DNA from: Thecamonas trahens ATCC 50062
Taxonomy: Eukaryota; Protista; Apusomonadida
Assembly (NCBI RefSeq): GCF_000142905.1
Contig: NW_013657617.1
Location: forward strand, 1-64,000
Direction: 5' to 3'
DNA: 64,000 bases
Shown here one piece after another: positions 34,344 to 45,089 of this stretch (positions within the stretch are counted from its first letter, which is position 1; each line of letters opens with the position of its first letter). Below the pieces are notes generated by a model, which saw only the letters and a list, made by a program, of their open reading frames with translations, was not told where the DNA came from and searched no databases. Made by a program: the position numbers and the translations under genes.

Positions 34344-37300
34344 CTAATCGCTGCTGAAAGCATGGAGGGCTTCGGCGTCGGGCGTCACGACGGGGCCGTC
34401 AAGCGCCGGCGGAAGCGGGATCAGATCTGAGCCGATGGGTCCCGAGCCGAGCGAGTGAAGCGGCGAAGTGGCGGTGACCGAGTCGGTGATGGCGATGGAC
34501 CGCATGTCTGGATTGCTCTCGCCGATCGAGATGCTGCCGTCTGAGAACGAGTGGTTGTCGAGTTGATGTGCTGACGGCATCTTGTCCATCTCGACCTCGC
34601 CGACGAGGCCGTCATCGGCAAAGATGACGTCGACCTCGGCGGCGTCGCGCGCACGGATCCGCCAAACTTCGTACCCGATACCGATGCCCAGGACAGCAAG
34701 GAGTCCGATGATGGCAGTGATGACCACCGAGTCTCGGAGCGTCGCCGACGAGCTGATCGTCCCCCCCCAGAGCAGGACAAACGAGCCAAAAAGCGTGACC
34801 ACGTCCAGCCGCGAGTGGTAGGCCTCGGCGTACGGCTTGTGGTCGAGAAGACAGGCGGCGAGGACAAGCGAGGCGTAGAAGAGTGCGATGAGGCTCGCCT
34901 TGACCGTCGGTGAGCGGAAGCCGCAGACCGCGACAACCACAAACAGCTTGCGTCCTAGAATCGCCAGCTCGTACCTGTACATCGCCGGCTTGTACTTGGC
35001 GGTGAGAAACGCGTACTTGGCGTAGAACGAGCCGAGGTCGAGTGCCGCGTGCTTGCGCGTGAGAAAGACCACCAGCGCTGCTGGGATGCTCAACCCGTAG
35101 CCAAACGCCACCACCAGGATGAGTGGGAGCAGCGAGTACCACGCGGCCGTGTAGCACCGCCGCTGCGGGTTGGTTGTCATCACCACAATCCCGCCCCCCA
35201 CATTGGTGCAGTCGACATAGCGCAGCGCCGCGTACATCAGCGGGAGGTACAGTAGCAGGATCGTTTGAAGGTATCCGCGCCCCGCCGCGCCCATCACCCG
35301 CGGATTGATCGTAAACACCAAGCCCTTGGCCTCGCGAATGTTGAAGAGCACGCAAAGCACAGCGGTCACAACTGCAAACGGCAGCAGGAACAAGACCGGT
35401 AGCGCCATCGTCATGCCCCACTTGAACATCCACACATCGCCAACGTCGAGTCCGCACTCGGGCGACGCTAGGTCGAGGTTGAGGTTCACCAGCGAGACAA
35501 CGTCAAAAATTGCCGTCGCCACAGGGTGCCACTCCAGCTGGATGGTTCCGTAGATGGCGACTGCCTGGAGCGTGTTGAGCGCAATGACAAACGCGGCATA
35601 CCCGTAAACGCGCGTGTTACGCGTGTTGATCCACACCACACCGGCGACGTACGCAAAGACAAGCAGAACGAGCGCCACAATGATGACCGCGTTCGAGCCG
35701 CGGCACTTGTGGCAGGCGTCGCCCAGGCGGTACCAGCCGGCTGCACACTCGGCACAGAGCCGGCCCCGGTAGCCCGCCGCGCACTGCCCCGATCCAGCAC
35801 ACGCAGCCGGTCGTGGACAGGCCACGAACGCTGCGCCGTCGTCCGATGGCTCAAAGCCTGGTGCAGCCCGCGGCGGCTCCGTCCCACCTAAACACACTGC
35901 CCCCGCCGGACACGGCACGCACGGCTTGTCTGGCTCTCGACTCCCGGATCCAAACCAGAACGTCCGTAGGCAGGTACAGTTGAGGAACGACGACGAGCCC
36001 GGTGTCGAGGTGCTGAAACCCGGGCAATCGGTGCACGTGACCGCGTCGACAGTCTCCGAATAAGAACCACCAGAACACGCAGTGCACCGCACGCCGTCGA
36101 TGACCCGAGTCCCCGGAAAGCACGTTGTCGACGCCTGCACAATCGCCGGTGAGCCAATGATGTCCACGTCGGCAATCCGGATCGAGAGTGTGTACGTCCC
36201 GCCCTCGGTCGCTACCACTTCGAAGGTGAGTGCCGAGCCACTAAGGACAAAGTCGCTGATCAGCCTCGACTCTGCGCCGCGCTGCAGCGCAATCGCCACC
36301 GCAGACAGCGCCGGCGGCACAGCCACCTCATTGCCATACACGTCGCAGACTGTCACCGTAACCACCCTTGCCTCGCCGGTCTCTAGCGCAAACGTCCCGT
36401 CGCTGGGTGCGTTGACCACGTACGACTGCACGCCGGCTGCCGGCCCAGGTGACACCGTCAGGACAACACGGTTTGCTGGCGGAAAGGCGATCGAGTTGAC
36501 GCCGAGCTCAACAATGTAGTCGCCGACACGGGTCGGTGCCGCAACCGTGGCCGTGTAGCGGAGCGTGGCCGTGTCAAAACTTGTTGACGAGACCAGCAAC
36601 GCCCCCGACGCCAGCTCGCGCGCGTACGGCTGGTCCGAGCCCTCGCCAGTCGGATTCCCAGCAGAGTCGCGGAGATCAAGTGACATAGTAAAGCTCTCAA
36701 CCGTCGACAGTTCCATCGGCGGCGATGGAGCCACTGAAACAATCGAGCGCGAGACGTTGAACGAGGAGCAGAACGGCTCGTCCGCCGACCATTCCGAGTT
36801 GCCGCGGCAGATGAGCTCGCTCTCGCCGACCAGCGTGCGCCCGGCTTCGCAGCTGAAAGTGCAGGTCTCATTGAACGAGCCTGGAAGCGACGACGAGGAT
36901 CCATTGCTACAGAGGTAGCTGCCGAAAGACGGCAGAGCCAGCGATGGGCATGCCACGAGCGCACACACCACGGGCGATCCGGACCAACTCGATCCGATGC
37001 ACGTCCGCTCGATCGTCCCCGCAATGGCGTCCAGACCCGGATCACACCTCGCAACCGCCACAGAGCCGACGTAGCCGTAGTCGGAGAACGCGATGCTGCC
37101 AAGTGCTGGAGGCGAGAGAAGCGTGCACGCGTAGGGTGGCGGCGGGGACGGTGGTGGCGGTGGAGATGGCGGCGGCGGTGGCGGCGACGGTGGCGGCGGT
37201 GGCGGTGGGGATGGTGGTGGCGATGGAGGCGGTGGAGGCGACGGTGGCGGGCCGCAGTACACGCTCGGAGGGAGTGCCTGCCAGCCTGCCGCTGTACAGA

Positions 37301-38063
37301 ATACTGTTGGATTGGACGGTGCGCCGTACAGTATCATCCCGGGCTCGCAGGTGATAACCAACGAATCACCGAGGGGTGCCGACGTCGTTCCGGTGAAGGG
37401 TGAAAGAGCCATGGTTCCGCCGACGATGGGCGGATACTCGCCACACACCTCGTAGTAGGTGAACTCAAAGTCGGACGATCCGAGATCCAGCATGTAGTCG
37501 GACGTCGATGTATCCGAGGAAAGATATAAGCCGAGGAACCCGTTGTACTTGTCCGAGTTGAGGGCAAACTGCAACGAAGACGAGAGGTTGGCAACGAGAT
37601 TGTCGGTCAAGGCAAAGTTGTTGATCTCGTCGGCGGTGCCCGGGAAAGTGTACGAGAGTAGCGGATACTTGTCTGCGTTGGAGATCGAGTACGAGATCAA
37701 CCAGTAGCCCGAGTCAAGCAACTCTCCCCCGTAGAACGAGGTGTTGAGGAAGGCCAGGATAAAGTCGGCCGGATCGCTTGCAAGCTCCAGCTTGTCCGCA
37801 ATTATCGATGTCCCCACCACGTAAAACTCCAACTGAGACGATAAAATCGGCATGTTCCGAACTCGCATCAGAACGAGCTCCTCCTTGAGTCGCACGACGG
37901 ATCCAGCGTTGCTCGTGTCACCAGTCTGCCTGTCTTCCGCTCGCGCATTCGACGAGCTTGTCTGCAACCGGCCCGAGAACGAAATAAGCGACGCACCGCT
38001 CACCACCGACGACACAAGCAGAGCCACCACCACCACCCAGAGTGTCAGGCCGTGGGAAGGCAT
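34344..38063 (-). CDS. Multi-pass (~7 TM) cell-surface protein with sushi/CCP, poly-Pro, Ig/filamin-like and Cys-rich repeats
   Basis: Signal peptide, sushi motifs (CTFSCEAGRTLVGESELICRGNSEWSADEPFC), SPPPP tract at ~37135-37250, CTACSGGSYS...CTDCPG Cys-rich repeats, CAAGYRGRLCAEC, and multiple C-terminal TM helices. Confidence 0.85.
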   Translation of the reverse strand: MPSHGLTLWVVVVALLVSSVVSGASLISFSGRLQTSSSNARAEDRQTGDTSNAGSVVRLKEELVLMRVRNMPILSSQLEFYVVGTSIIADKLELASDPADFILAFLNTSFYGGELLDSGYWLISYSISNADKYPLLSYTFPGTADEINNFALTDNLVANLSSSLQFALNSDKYNGFLGLYLSSDTSTSDYMLDLGSSDFEFTYYEVCGEYPPIVGGTMALSPFTGTTSAPLGDSLVITCEPGMILYGAPSNPTVFCTAAGWQALPPSVYCGPPPSPPPPPSPPPSPPPPPPPSPPPPPPSPPPPPSPPPPYACTLLSPPALGSIAFSDYGYVGSVAVARCDPGLDAIAGTIERTCIGSSWSGSPVVCALVACPSLALPSFGSYLCSNGSSSSLPGSFNETCTFSCEAGRTLVGESELICRGNSEWSADEPFCSSFNVSRSIVSVAPSPPMELSTVESFTMSLDLRDSAGNPTGEGSDQPYARELASGALLVSSTSFDTATLRYTATVAAPTRVGDYIVELGVNSIAFPPANRVVLTVSPGPAAGVQSYVVNAPSDGTFALETGEARVVTVTVCDVYGNEVAVPPALSAVAIALQRGAESRLISDFVLSGSALTFEVVATEGGTYTLSIRIADVDIIGSPAIVQASTTCFPGTRVIDGVRCTACSGGSYSETVDAVTCTDCPGFSTSTPGSSSFLNCTCLRTFWFGSGSREPDKPCVPCPAGAVCLGGTEPPRAAPGFEPSDDGAAFVACPRPAACAGSGQCAAGYRGRLCAECAAGWYRLGDACHKCRGSNAVIIVALVLLVFAYVAGVVWINTRNTRVYGYAAFVIALNTLQAVAIYGTIQLEWHPVATAIFDVVSLVNLNLDLASPECGLDVGDVWMFKWGMTMALPVLFLLPFAVVTAVLCVLFNIREAKGLVFTINPRVMGAAGRGYLQTILLLYLPLMYAALRYVDCTNVGGGIVVMTTNPQRRCYTAAWYSLLPLILVVAFGYGLSIPAALVVFLTRKHAALDLGSFYAKYAFLTAKYKPAMYRYELAILGRKLFVVVAVCGFRSPTVKASLIALFYASLVLAACLLDHKPYAEAYHSRLDVVTLFGSFVLLWGGTISSSATLRDSVVITAIIGLLAVLGIGIGYEVWRIRARDAAEVDVIFADDGLVGEVEMDKMPSAHQLDNHSFSDGSISIGESNPDMRSIAITDSVTATSPLHSLGSGPIGSDLIPLPPALDGPVVTPDAEALHAFSSD

Positions 38064-38616
38064 GGAGGACGGGTGAAGTGTTGGTGGTGGTGGTGGGCAC
38101 CAGTGTACCTTGTTACCGATTCAGCGGTGAGTTTGCTGGCGTGCACATGGGCCAAAGGTGATGGAAAAAAACGTCCACGATTAATTGAACAAGAGAATAA
38201 TCGTTGGACGACAACACTCCTGTCGACACACAATCGGTTGCGTGCCGCCACCGCCACACTCTGTGCCAGTCAAACCTGCGTCCTGTGCATTTGCCATCGC
38301 CGCTCATGTCGGTCAATTGCTGCAAAAGATACCGATGCACATCCTCCCGGCCGCCATCGCTGGCTAGTTGCATGGAAGCCCGGTCTGGTGGCGGCCAACG
38401 TGGACGCAGAATCACTTAACGCTACGTCGACTAACTACAGGGTAACTCGGCCACGATCTGGTAGTCGCCGACGTTGTTGTTGACAGCCTCTCCTTCTTGC
38501 GGCAGAGCCTGATCGAGATGTGGACACGCTTGTAGCTCATTCTTCGGCGCCTCCTCCACTGTATGCGGCGCAGCCGCTTCTGACATGGCCATCGCCGAGT
38601 CAGAATAAAGGGGCGT

Positions 38617-41600
38617 CTAGCACGGCGGTGTGGCGACAGGCGCAAGTGCGGGCGACGCGGGCTGGACGCTGTTCCTGGCTTGGCTGCTCCCGACTCCACC
38701 GCCATCCATTGGCGATGTGTCTGACCGGAAGGAGCCGAGGCTGGGCAGGCCAGCGCTGATTGTTTGGCCACAGCTGGAGGAGCCGGCCGGACCAAAGTTG
38801 GCAGTCGGCTGCAGCTCTGGTGGGTGAGGCAAGATAGGGTGCGCGGACCGGGCCGATCGCGGGAGGATCCGATCGAGCGCCTCGCCAAGCGTGGTCATGG
38901 CGTCGACAAGCTTCGGTCGTGCAGTTGGATTGTCCTGCCAGAGCGCCGTAACGAGGTCTGTAACGGCAGTGGGGATGCTGGACGCGATGCTGGATCGCGG
39001 AAGAAGCTCCGGCCGCTCGCCGGCGACGATGCGCGACGCCGTGTCCATCGCATTATGGCCGTGCCATGCCGGCACTCCCGAGATGAGGTGAAAGAGGGCA
39101 GATCCGAGCGCAAAGGCCAGGGCTTGCTCCGCGCCTGCCTCGCTCGTTTCGCCGCGAAGGAGCTCGGGAGCCTCGTACGCCGCCGTCTGTGCCACCGTCA
39201 TGGTCCCGATGGCCTCGGTCGGGGCCATGAACCCATAGTCGCGAATGGCGACGTCGATGGTCGTCCCGTTGCTCCCGACAACAACCACGTTGCTCAGCCG
39301 GATGGAAAACGGCAGCGCAGGGATGTCGAGTCGGGCCAGCTCGCCGAGCCCGCGAGCGAGGCCCAGACCGGCCGAAAGCATTCCGATGAGTGTGTGGGAT
39401 CCGCCGGCACCGGTCTCCAGCAGCTCGCCAAGCGTCCCGCCGGGCATTTGTGGCGCAAAGTAGCCGATCCGCCCCGGCTCCAGACAGAGGTACATGACTG
39501 GGACCAGGTATCGGTTGCCGCGATGGACCAGCTTTCTGATGCGCCCAAACTCGGCAGCCACAGCCAAGGAGTAGCGCACATCGTACTTGTTCTGCAGGAG
39601 GAACCGATGGTACTCGACAGGAGTGCCCCGAAGCTTTCCGGTTTTGATCTCAGCGTACGATCCGAGGCCGCTGGCGAAAGACTCGGCCTCAAACACATCC
39701 AGCTCTTTCGCCCGAACCAGCCAGTCAGCTGTCGGCAGAGAACTTGTAAAGGCGAGCTGTGGGCCAGTCTGCAGCGGTTCAGTACTGCCGCCGGCCGAAA
39801 CAGTCGCGATCTCGTCCACGAGCACCGCCAGCCGGCTGATATCATCCGAGCCAGTCAGCACGTGCTGCGTCGCCTCCCATAGCGCTGCATAGCAGATCAT
39901 GTCGTGGACCGCGCTCGCGTCCGCCCGCAGGGTCACCCGCATCACTCCACGTCCGGCTGCCGGCACCTCGGCCGGCCATGGTGTCGCCGGCACCGTCTGG
40001 TGCGATGCCGTCGGAGTCACCACCAGCATCTGCACGGCATCGGTTGATGCAAGCGTCATTCCCGGCAGCGCGTTCGACGCCAGCGCGCGTGCGCCGACCA
40101 CAGGTGGACCAAAGTACTTCAGCTTGAGAGACTTGGTGTCGCGGCTTGTTGTGACGGGACCGACAGCGATGCCAATGGCCAGTCGGACTGGGCCGTACAC
40201 GCCCTCGCACCCAGCCAGCGTCGACGGGAGGAGCAAGCCAAGTCGCTCCGGAATGGGGAGCTTCGCCATCCGATTCCGAACATCTTCAACAAAGGCGCTA
40301 GCCCGCCTTCCAGTGGAGAACGCGTAGTCGAGGCTGTACGGCGTCATGTGCCAGCAGTAGCCCCCAGAGATCGCGGCCGCACCGTAGATAGCTTCATGCA
40401 CGTTGGTCATGAGCTGATTAAGGTCGTCCGGCACGGCGACAGCGAGCTCGGCAAACGAGCCGACAACCATGCTCACCATGATTACAGCGTCGCCACACGG
40501 CTCATCGTGGAGCGGCTGTGGGTAGACGACAGGGTCGGGGTCTGCAGCCAAAGCCGATCGCAGCCTCACCGCCACGTTGCTGGCAGTCGGCCGCTCCTGT
40601 GGATCAGTCGCCCATGCGGAGGTCATGATCTGGACGACCTCCTGTGGCGTGTCGGCCACGACCGCTGCCACATCTGGCCGCTGCTTGCCGCGCATGATGT
40701 CGAGCGTGAGCGCAAAGGTGTTGCTCCCCAGCGGGTACGGGAGCGAGCGAGCAAAGAGCTCGTAGAGTACGATGCCGAGCGAGTAGACATCTGCAGGTGG
40801 CGCGACTGCAGTTGGGGTAGCCACGATGGCGGTCATGAGTAGCTCGGGGGCAGTCCAGTACATGGTTCCGAGAACAACGGCACCGCTGGCATCCGCCTTG
40901 GTCCCAGCGGTGATTGACCCCGCCTTGGTCTCCTCGTCGGGCCCGACAGCAGTCCTGGCCAACGCGGAGAGGCCAAAGTCGCAGAGCTTAGCGGTCCACG
41001 AGCTCGAGAGAAGGACGTTGAGCGACTTGAGATCGAGATGGAGGGTATTGGACTCGTGGAGAAAGGCGACGCCTGCCGCGATCTCGTACGCCCATTGCAT
41101 GCGGGCCGAGATGTCGATCTCCATGGCTGGGTTGTGGATGTAGTCGTACAGGGCGCCGCGGTCAAGGAACTCGGTGACCAGCGCCGGCGGTACGAGCGAG
41201 ACGCCCATAAAGGTGACGATGTTGGGGTGCCGGAGCGACATGATAATGGCGGCCTCGGAGAGGAAGGCCTGGCACTTGTCCGGGCTCAGATCGGACTCGC
41301 TGATCGAGGTTCGGTGGAGGATTTTGACGGCCACCCGCGTGGCCCGCCACTCGGCGAGCGAAACCGCGCCGTACGCGCCGGTGCCGATGGCTCGGAGCAT
41401 TCGGAGCTCGTCAAAGGGGATGGCCTCGTGCGCACCCTCGAGGGTGATCACGGTTGTCGACCGCCGCGCGCGCCGCCACATGACAAAGATGGCGGCGCCA
41501 GTGGCGCAGATCAGCAAAGGGATGCTGACTGAGAGAATGATGGCAGCGGCAGGTGACATGACGGACGGCGACATGCGGGCCGACGCTGCGTCGCTCTCTG

Positions 41601-43182
41601 TCGACGGCGGTCCAGGCAGGACCGGCAGCTGGATGGTATACCTACCCTCAAAGACGGGCGAGTTGCGGAGGCCGCGGCGGATGGCCACGGCCCGCACGAG
41701 CACGCTGCCAGTCTCCACTAGTAGGATCGGCTGATCGGGGCGGTACTTGGGCGAGTCCGAGAACGGCGGCGAGCCATCGAGTGTGTAGTGGACGTCGGCA
41801 CCGGCGGTGAACGTCGTGAGCGAGAAATTGAGCGCGTGCTGGTAGAGGCCAGGTGGAGTTGATGGGACGGGCGCAAGCGCCTCACCGACGTACTCGGCGA
41901 CGCGGACAGCCTCGACTGTGGCGACTGCGCTGGTAATGGCCCCACCTGCCGCGACAGTGCTAACCGCATCGCGCCAAGCTTGGCGCATGAGGACCGAGGT
42001 GAAGACATCGTCTGAGGTGGGGACGACGTAGTCAGCGGTGCGGACCAGGGAAAAGACGGTGTCGAGCTCGGGATCGCTCCCGTTGAGGCTTGCGACAAGC
42101 GCGTCTGACGCCGAAATGGGCCACGACATGGTTGCACCGACAAGCATGTGTCTGGCGTTGGCAGGGGAAAAGAGCTCGCGAAGATATGTCCGCGCCTTGT
42201 CGGGCTTGGAGCTCACTCGCGGGATGCCGACCCGATCGAGCGACGCAAAGAGCGGCGTCGGCCAGGCGGTGCCGGCAAACGGTGGAGTTGACGCAATGGC
42301 CATAGCTGCGAGGGTCTCTGGCGCCGCCAGCGGCGTGCCAACCAGCGCCTTGGTCACGCCCAGCACGGTGGAGAGAATCGGCGTATCGCCCGACTCAAAC
42401 TTGGCGAGGCTAAAGTCGTACTCAAAGCAGCCGTCGGCAATCATTCTCTCGAGCAGGTCCAGTGTTGCGGCGTAACGGCCATCCGTGAGCGGGACGGTGC
42501 CGGTCTGGATGGCGAGCACGTACTCGGGCCCGTGCTGCAGCGTCAGAAACACATCGAGCAGGCGGGCCAGCAGATCGTCCCTCGGCCCGCTCACTGCCCA
42601 GAGAAGGATACAGCCTGATCCGGTCCGGGACTTGTGCGCGCGGCAGTAGTTGAGGAGGGCCTCAAAGGTGTGCGGCATGGTCGGCAAGTAGCGCGTGTTG
42701 AGGTAGAAGCCTCGGATGCGGGTAAGGAGCGGGAGCATGTACATGGCGCCATCGGACCCGCGAGTCTGCGGCGCAAAGGCCACTGCTGGTGAGTCAAAGA
42801 TGCCAAACTCGTGCCACAGATCGGTGACGTTGTAGAGGTAGTGAGCGCGGAGCATGTCTGTGGTGAGCCATCCTGAGACCTCTTGGACCAGATCCACTGC
42901 GTGGTGCACGCTGAGCAGTCCCCGGATGTAATCAGACGGCACAAGGGCATCGAGATCAGCATTGAGGCCATCAATGAGGGGAATTTCGTGGATGTAGATG
43001 CTGCCGTTGTAGGCCTGGTTGAAGCTGGCGATGATGTCCGACTCTGGCGAGCGACCTCCGGCGCGGAGGGTGCGATATTGGACGACGGAGCTCAAGTCGA
43101 CATGTTGAGTCCATGACATCCCCACGAGGCAGGAGAGCCAGACCAGGAGCAGCAGCACGTCGGCATGGCCATGGGAAGCCAT
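38617..43182 (-). CDS. Receptor-like TKL kinase: solute-binding-protein-like ectodomain, Fn3-associated domain, TM, kinase, degenerate cyclase, pseudokinase
   Basis: Signal peptide. DGAMYMLPL...GFYLN (sugar SBP-like) and HYTLDGSPP (CHB_HEX_C/Fn3-associated). TM. Intact kinase motifs GTGAYG, VAVK, HLDLKSLN, DFG, APE. Cyclase-like RLAIGIAVG...YFGPPV. The second kinase fold has DYG and APE only. Confidence 0.88.
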   Translation of the reverse strand: MASHGHADVLLLLVWLSCLVGMSWTQHVDLSSVVQYRTLRAGGRSPESDIIASFNQAYNGSIYIHEIPLIDGLNADLDALVPSDYIRGLLSVHHAVDLVQEVSGWLTTDMLRAHYLYNVTDLWHEFGIFDSPAVAFAPQTRGSDGAMYMLPLLTRIRGFYLNTRYLPTMPHTFEALLNYCRAHKSRTGSGCILLWAVSGPRDDLLARLLDVFLTLQHGPEYVLAIQTGTVPLTDGRYAATLDLLERMIADGCFEYDFSLAKFESGDTPILSTVLGVTKALVGTPLAAPETLAAMAIASTPPFAGTAWPTPLFASLDRVGIPRVSSKPDKARTYLRELFSPANARHMLVGATMSWPISASDALVASLNGSDPELDTVFSLVRTADYVVPTSDDVFTSVLMRQAWRDAVSTVAAGGAITSAVATVEAVRVAEYVGEALAPVPSTPPGLYQHALNFSLTTFTAGADVHYTLDGSPPFSDSPKYRPDQPILLVETGSVLVRAVAIRRGLRNSPVFEGRYTIQLPVLPGPPSTESDAASARMSPSVMSPAAAIILSVSIPLLICATGAAIFVMWRRARRSTTVITLEGAHEAIPFDELRMLRAIGTGAYGAVSLAEWRATRVAVKILHRTSISESDLSPDKCQAFLSEAAIIMSLRHPNIVTFMGVSLVPPALVTEFLDRGALYDYIHNPAMEIDISARMQWAYEIAAGVAFLHESNTLHLDLKSLNVLLSSSWTAKLCDFGLSALARTAVGPDEETKAGSITAGTKADASGAVVLGTMYWTAPELLMTAIVATPTAVAPPADVYSLGIVLYELFARSLPYPLGSNTFALTLDIMRGKQRPDVAAVVADTPQEVVQIMTSAWATDPQERPTASNVAVRLRSALAADPDPVVYPQPLHDEPCGDAVIMVSMVVGSFAELAVAVPDDLNQLMTNVHEAIYGAAAISGGYCWHMTPYSLDYAFSTGRRASAFVEDVRNRMAKLPIPERLGLLLPSTLAGCEGVYGPVRLAIGIAVGPVTTSRDTKSLKLKYFGPPVVGARALASNALPGMTLASTDAVQMLVVTPTASHQTVPATPWPAEVPAAGRGVMRVTLRADASAVHDMICYAALWEATQHVLTGSDDISRLAVLVDEIATVSAGGSTEPLQTGPQLAFTSSLPTADWLVRAKELDVFEAESFASGLGSYAEIKTGKLRGTPVEYHRFLLQNKYDVRYSLAVAAEFGRIRKLVHRGNRYLVPVMYLCLEPGRIGYFAPQMPGGTLGELLETGAGGSHTLIGMLSAGLGLARGLGELARLDIPALPFSIRLSNVVVVGSNGTTIDVAIRDYGFMAPTEAIGTMTVAQTAAYEAPELLRGETSEAGAEQALAFALGSALFHLISGVPAWHGHNAMDTASRIVAGERPELLPRSSIASSIPTAVTDLVTALWQDNPTARPKLVDAMTTLGEALDRILPRSARSAHPILPHPPELQPTANFGPAGSSSCGQTISAGLPSLGSFRSDTSPMDGGGVGSSQARNSVQPASPALAPVATPPC

Positions 43183-44051
43183 GGCGAGTCGTTCGTCGCG
43201 TGTCTGCGGCAGGGGACAGGCGGCTCCGAAGGCGAGAAGTACCTTCTGCCGCTCGTAAGCGGAATGAATGGTCACCACAATTGGCAGGGTGGCATTCACG
43301 TGATTGGTCTTTTCGGGCGGCGATGGCTGTGGCGATGAGGGGGGGAGGGGGGGGGGGGGGGGAGGGGAGTGTGGTAAGAGGTCGTTCCTAANNNNNNNNN
43401 NNNNNNNNNNNNNNNNNNNNNNNNNNNNNNNNNNNNNNNNNNNNNNNNNNNNNNNNNNNNNNNNNNNNNNNNNNNNNNNNNNNNNNNNNNNNNNNNNNNN
43501 NNNNNNNNNNNNNNNNNNNNNNNNNNNNNNNNNNNNNNNNNNNNNNNNNNNNNNNNNNNNNNNNNNNNNNNNNNNNNNNNNNNNNNNNNNNNNNNNNNNN
43601 NNNNNNNNNNNNNNNNNNNNNNNNNNNNNNNNNNNNNNNNNNNNNNNNNNNNNNNNNNNNNNNNNNNNNNNNNNNNNNNNNNNNNNNNNNNNNNNNNNNN
43701 NNNNNNNNNNNNNNNNNNNNNNNNNNNNNNNNNNNNNNNNNNNNNNNNNNNNNNNNNNNNNNNNNNNNNNNNNNNNNNNNNNNNNNNNNNNNNNNNNNNN
43801 NNNNNNNNNNNNNNNNNNNNNNNNNNNNNNNNNNNNNNNNNNNNNNNNGGGCGAGGAGAGGGGGGTGGGGGGGGGGGGGGGGGGGGGACATGGGGTGGAT
43901 GCATGGAATTGTAGAGTGTGGCATTGCATGCAAAGTGGGTTAGGAGGATAAATAGCGTCACTCACCGGCGTTTGTCATCTCCGTCAACCACCTTGCCATC
44001 AACAACACCATCGACCTCATCGTCACTGTCAAACCCCTGACCTCCATCATC

Positions 44052-44639
44052 ATGGACTCGCACGGGCTTGTTGGACAGATCGCCAAGAACAAGGCCAAGG
44101 ACCTCGCCAAGGTTGTCAAGGCCCACCCGGAGATCGTCGACGCCACCGACGACGACGGCATGATGCTGCTGCACCACGCGGCCAAGGACAACGCCGTCGA
44201 GTGCATCGCCGTCCTCCTCGACGCAGACGCCCGCATCAACGCCCAGGACACCAAGCACGGCTGGACACCCATGCACCACGCCGTCGAGGCCCTCTCTGTC
44301 CAGGCCGTCAAGGCTCTTCTCGCCGCGCCATCCCTGGATCTCACCGTCCAGGCCACCGCCTACGGCGGCTACACCCCGCTCATCCTCACCGTTGTCAACA
44401 TCGACTGCGGTGACGACATGGCTGACGTCCGTGCCGACCAGTGCGACCGCCGCGAGACTATCCTCCGCGACATCCTCGTCTACTACTCGGAGCACGATGA
44501 CCTCGACGTCAACGCTCTCGCCGGCAACGACACACACATCCTCGCCTTTGTTGAGGACATCACCAAGCACTCGGACTACGAGCGCTCCTTCTACGCCCGC
44601 ATGGCCGAGATGCTCATCAACCACGGCGCCGCTCGCTAG
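44052..44639 (+). CDS. Ankyrin-repeat protein
   Basis: GMMLLHHAA, GWTPMHHAV, GYTPLILTV. Strong GC3 codon bias. Confidence 0.9.
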   Translation: MDSHGLVGQIAKNKAKDLAKVVKAHPEIVDATDDDGMMLLHHAAKDNAVECIAVLLDADARINAQDTKHGWTPMHHAVEALSVQAVKALLAAPSLDLTVQATAYGGYTPLILTVVNIDCGDDMADVRADQCDRRETILRDILVYYSEHDDLDVNALAGNDTHILAFVEDITKHSDYERSFYARMAEMLINHGAAR

Positions 44640-44705
44640 GAGCACGTGGGCATCGGCGCGCGTGTCCGACACCACAGTAAAGGAGCGCCGGCGCGACGAG
44701 CAGCT

Positions 44706-45089
44706 CTACTCGAGCGTGATGGTGACCAGCTTCTCGACGTTGTCGCTCGATGGAGCAGAGGATCCGGAAGGGAGCGGCTTGGGGATGGTGATGCGAAAGA
44801 GATCGCCGCGGGTAGAGGCCTTGAGTGAAGCAAACTCGACACCTTTGGGGAGCGGGAAGAAGCGGGTAAACTCGGTGGAGGTCTTGAGGGTGGGAGAGCC
44901 CGAGGTGGTGGTCGCCTCGTCCCGGCCGGTGATGGTGAGGGTGCGATCCTTGACACCAAGACTCACATCGTCCATGCCTTGCGGGAGATGGGCGGTGATC
45001 TCGAGCGCGTCATCGACATCACACGACGAGAACATGGGAAAGTGGTTGTCCGGGGTTGAGTGCCGAGGCGATGGCCGGGAGCTCGACAT
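44706..45089 (-). CDS. Small heat-shock protein (HSP20/alpha-crystallin)
   Basis: ITAHLPQG, DRTLTITG, FTRFFPLPKGV, ASTRGDLFRITIPK match the alpha-crystallin consensus. Confidence 0.8.
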   Translation of the reverse strand: MSSSRPSPRHSTPDNHFPMFSSCDVDDALEITAHLPQGMDDVSLGVKDRTLTITGRDEATTTSGSPTLKTSTEFTRFFPLPKGVEFASLKASTRGDLFRITIPKPLPSGSSAPSSDNVEKLVTITLE

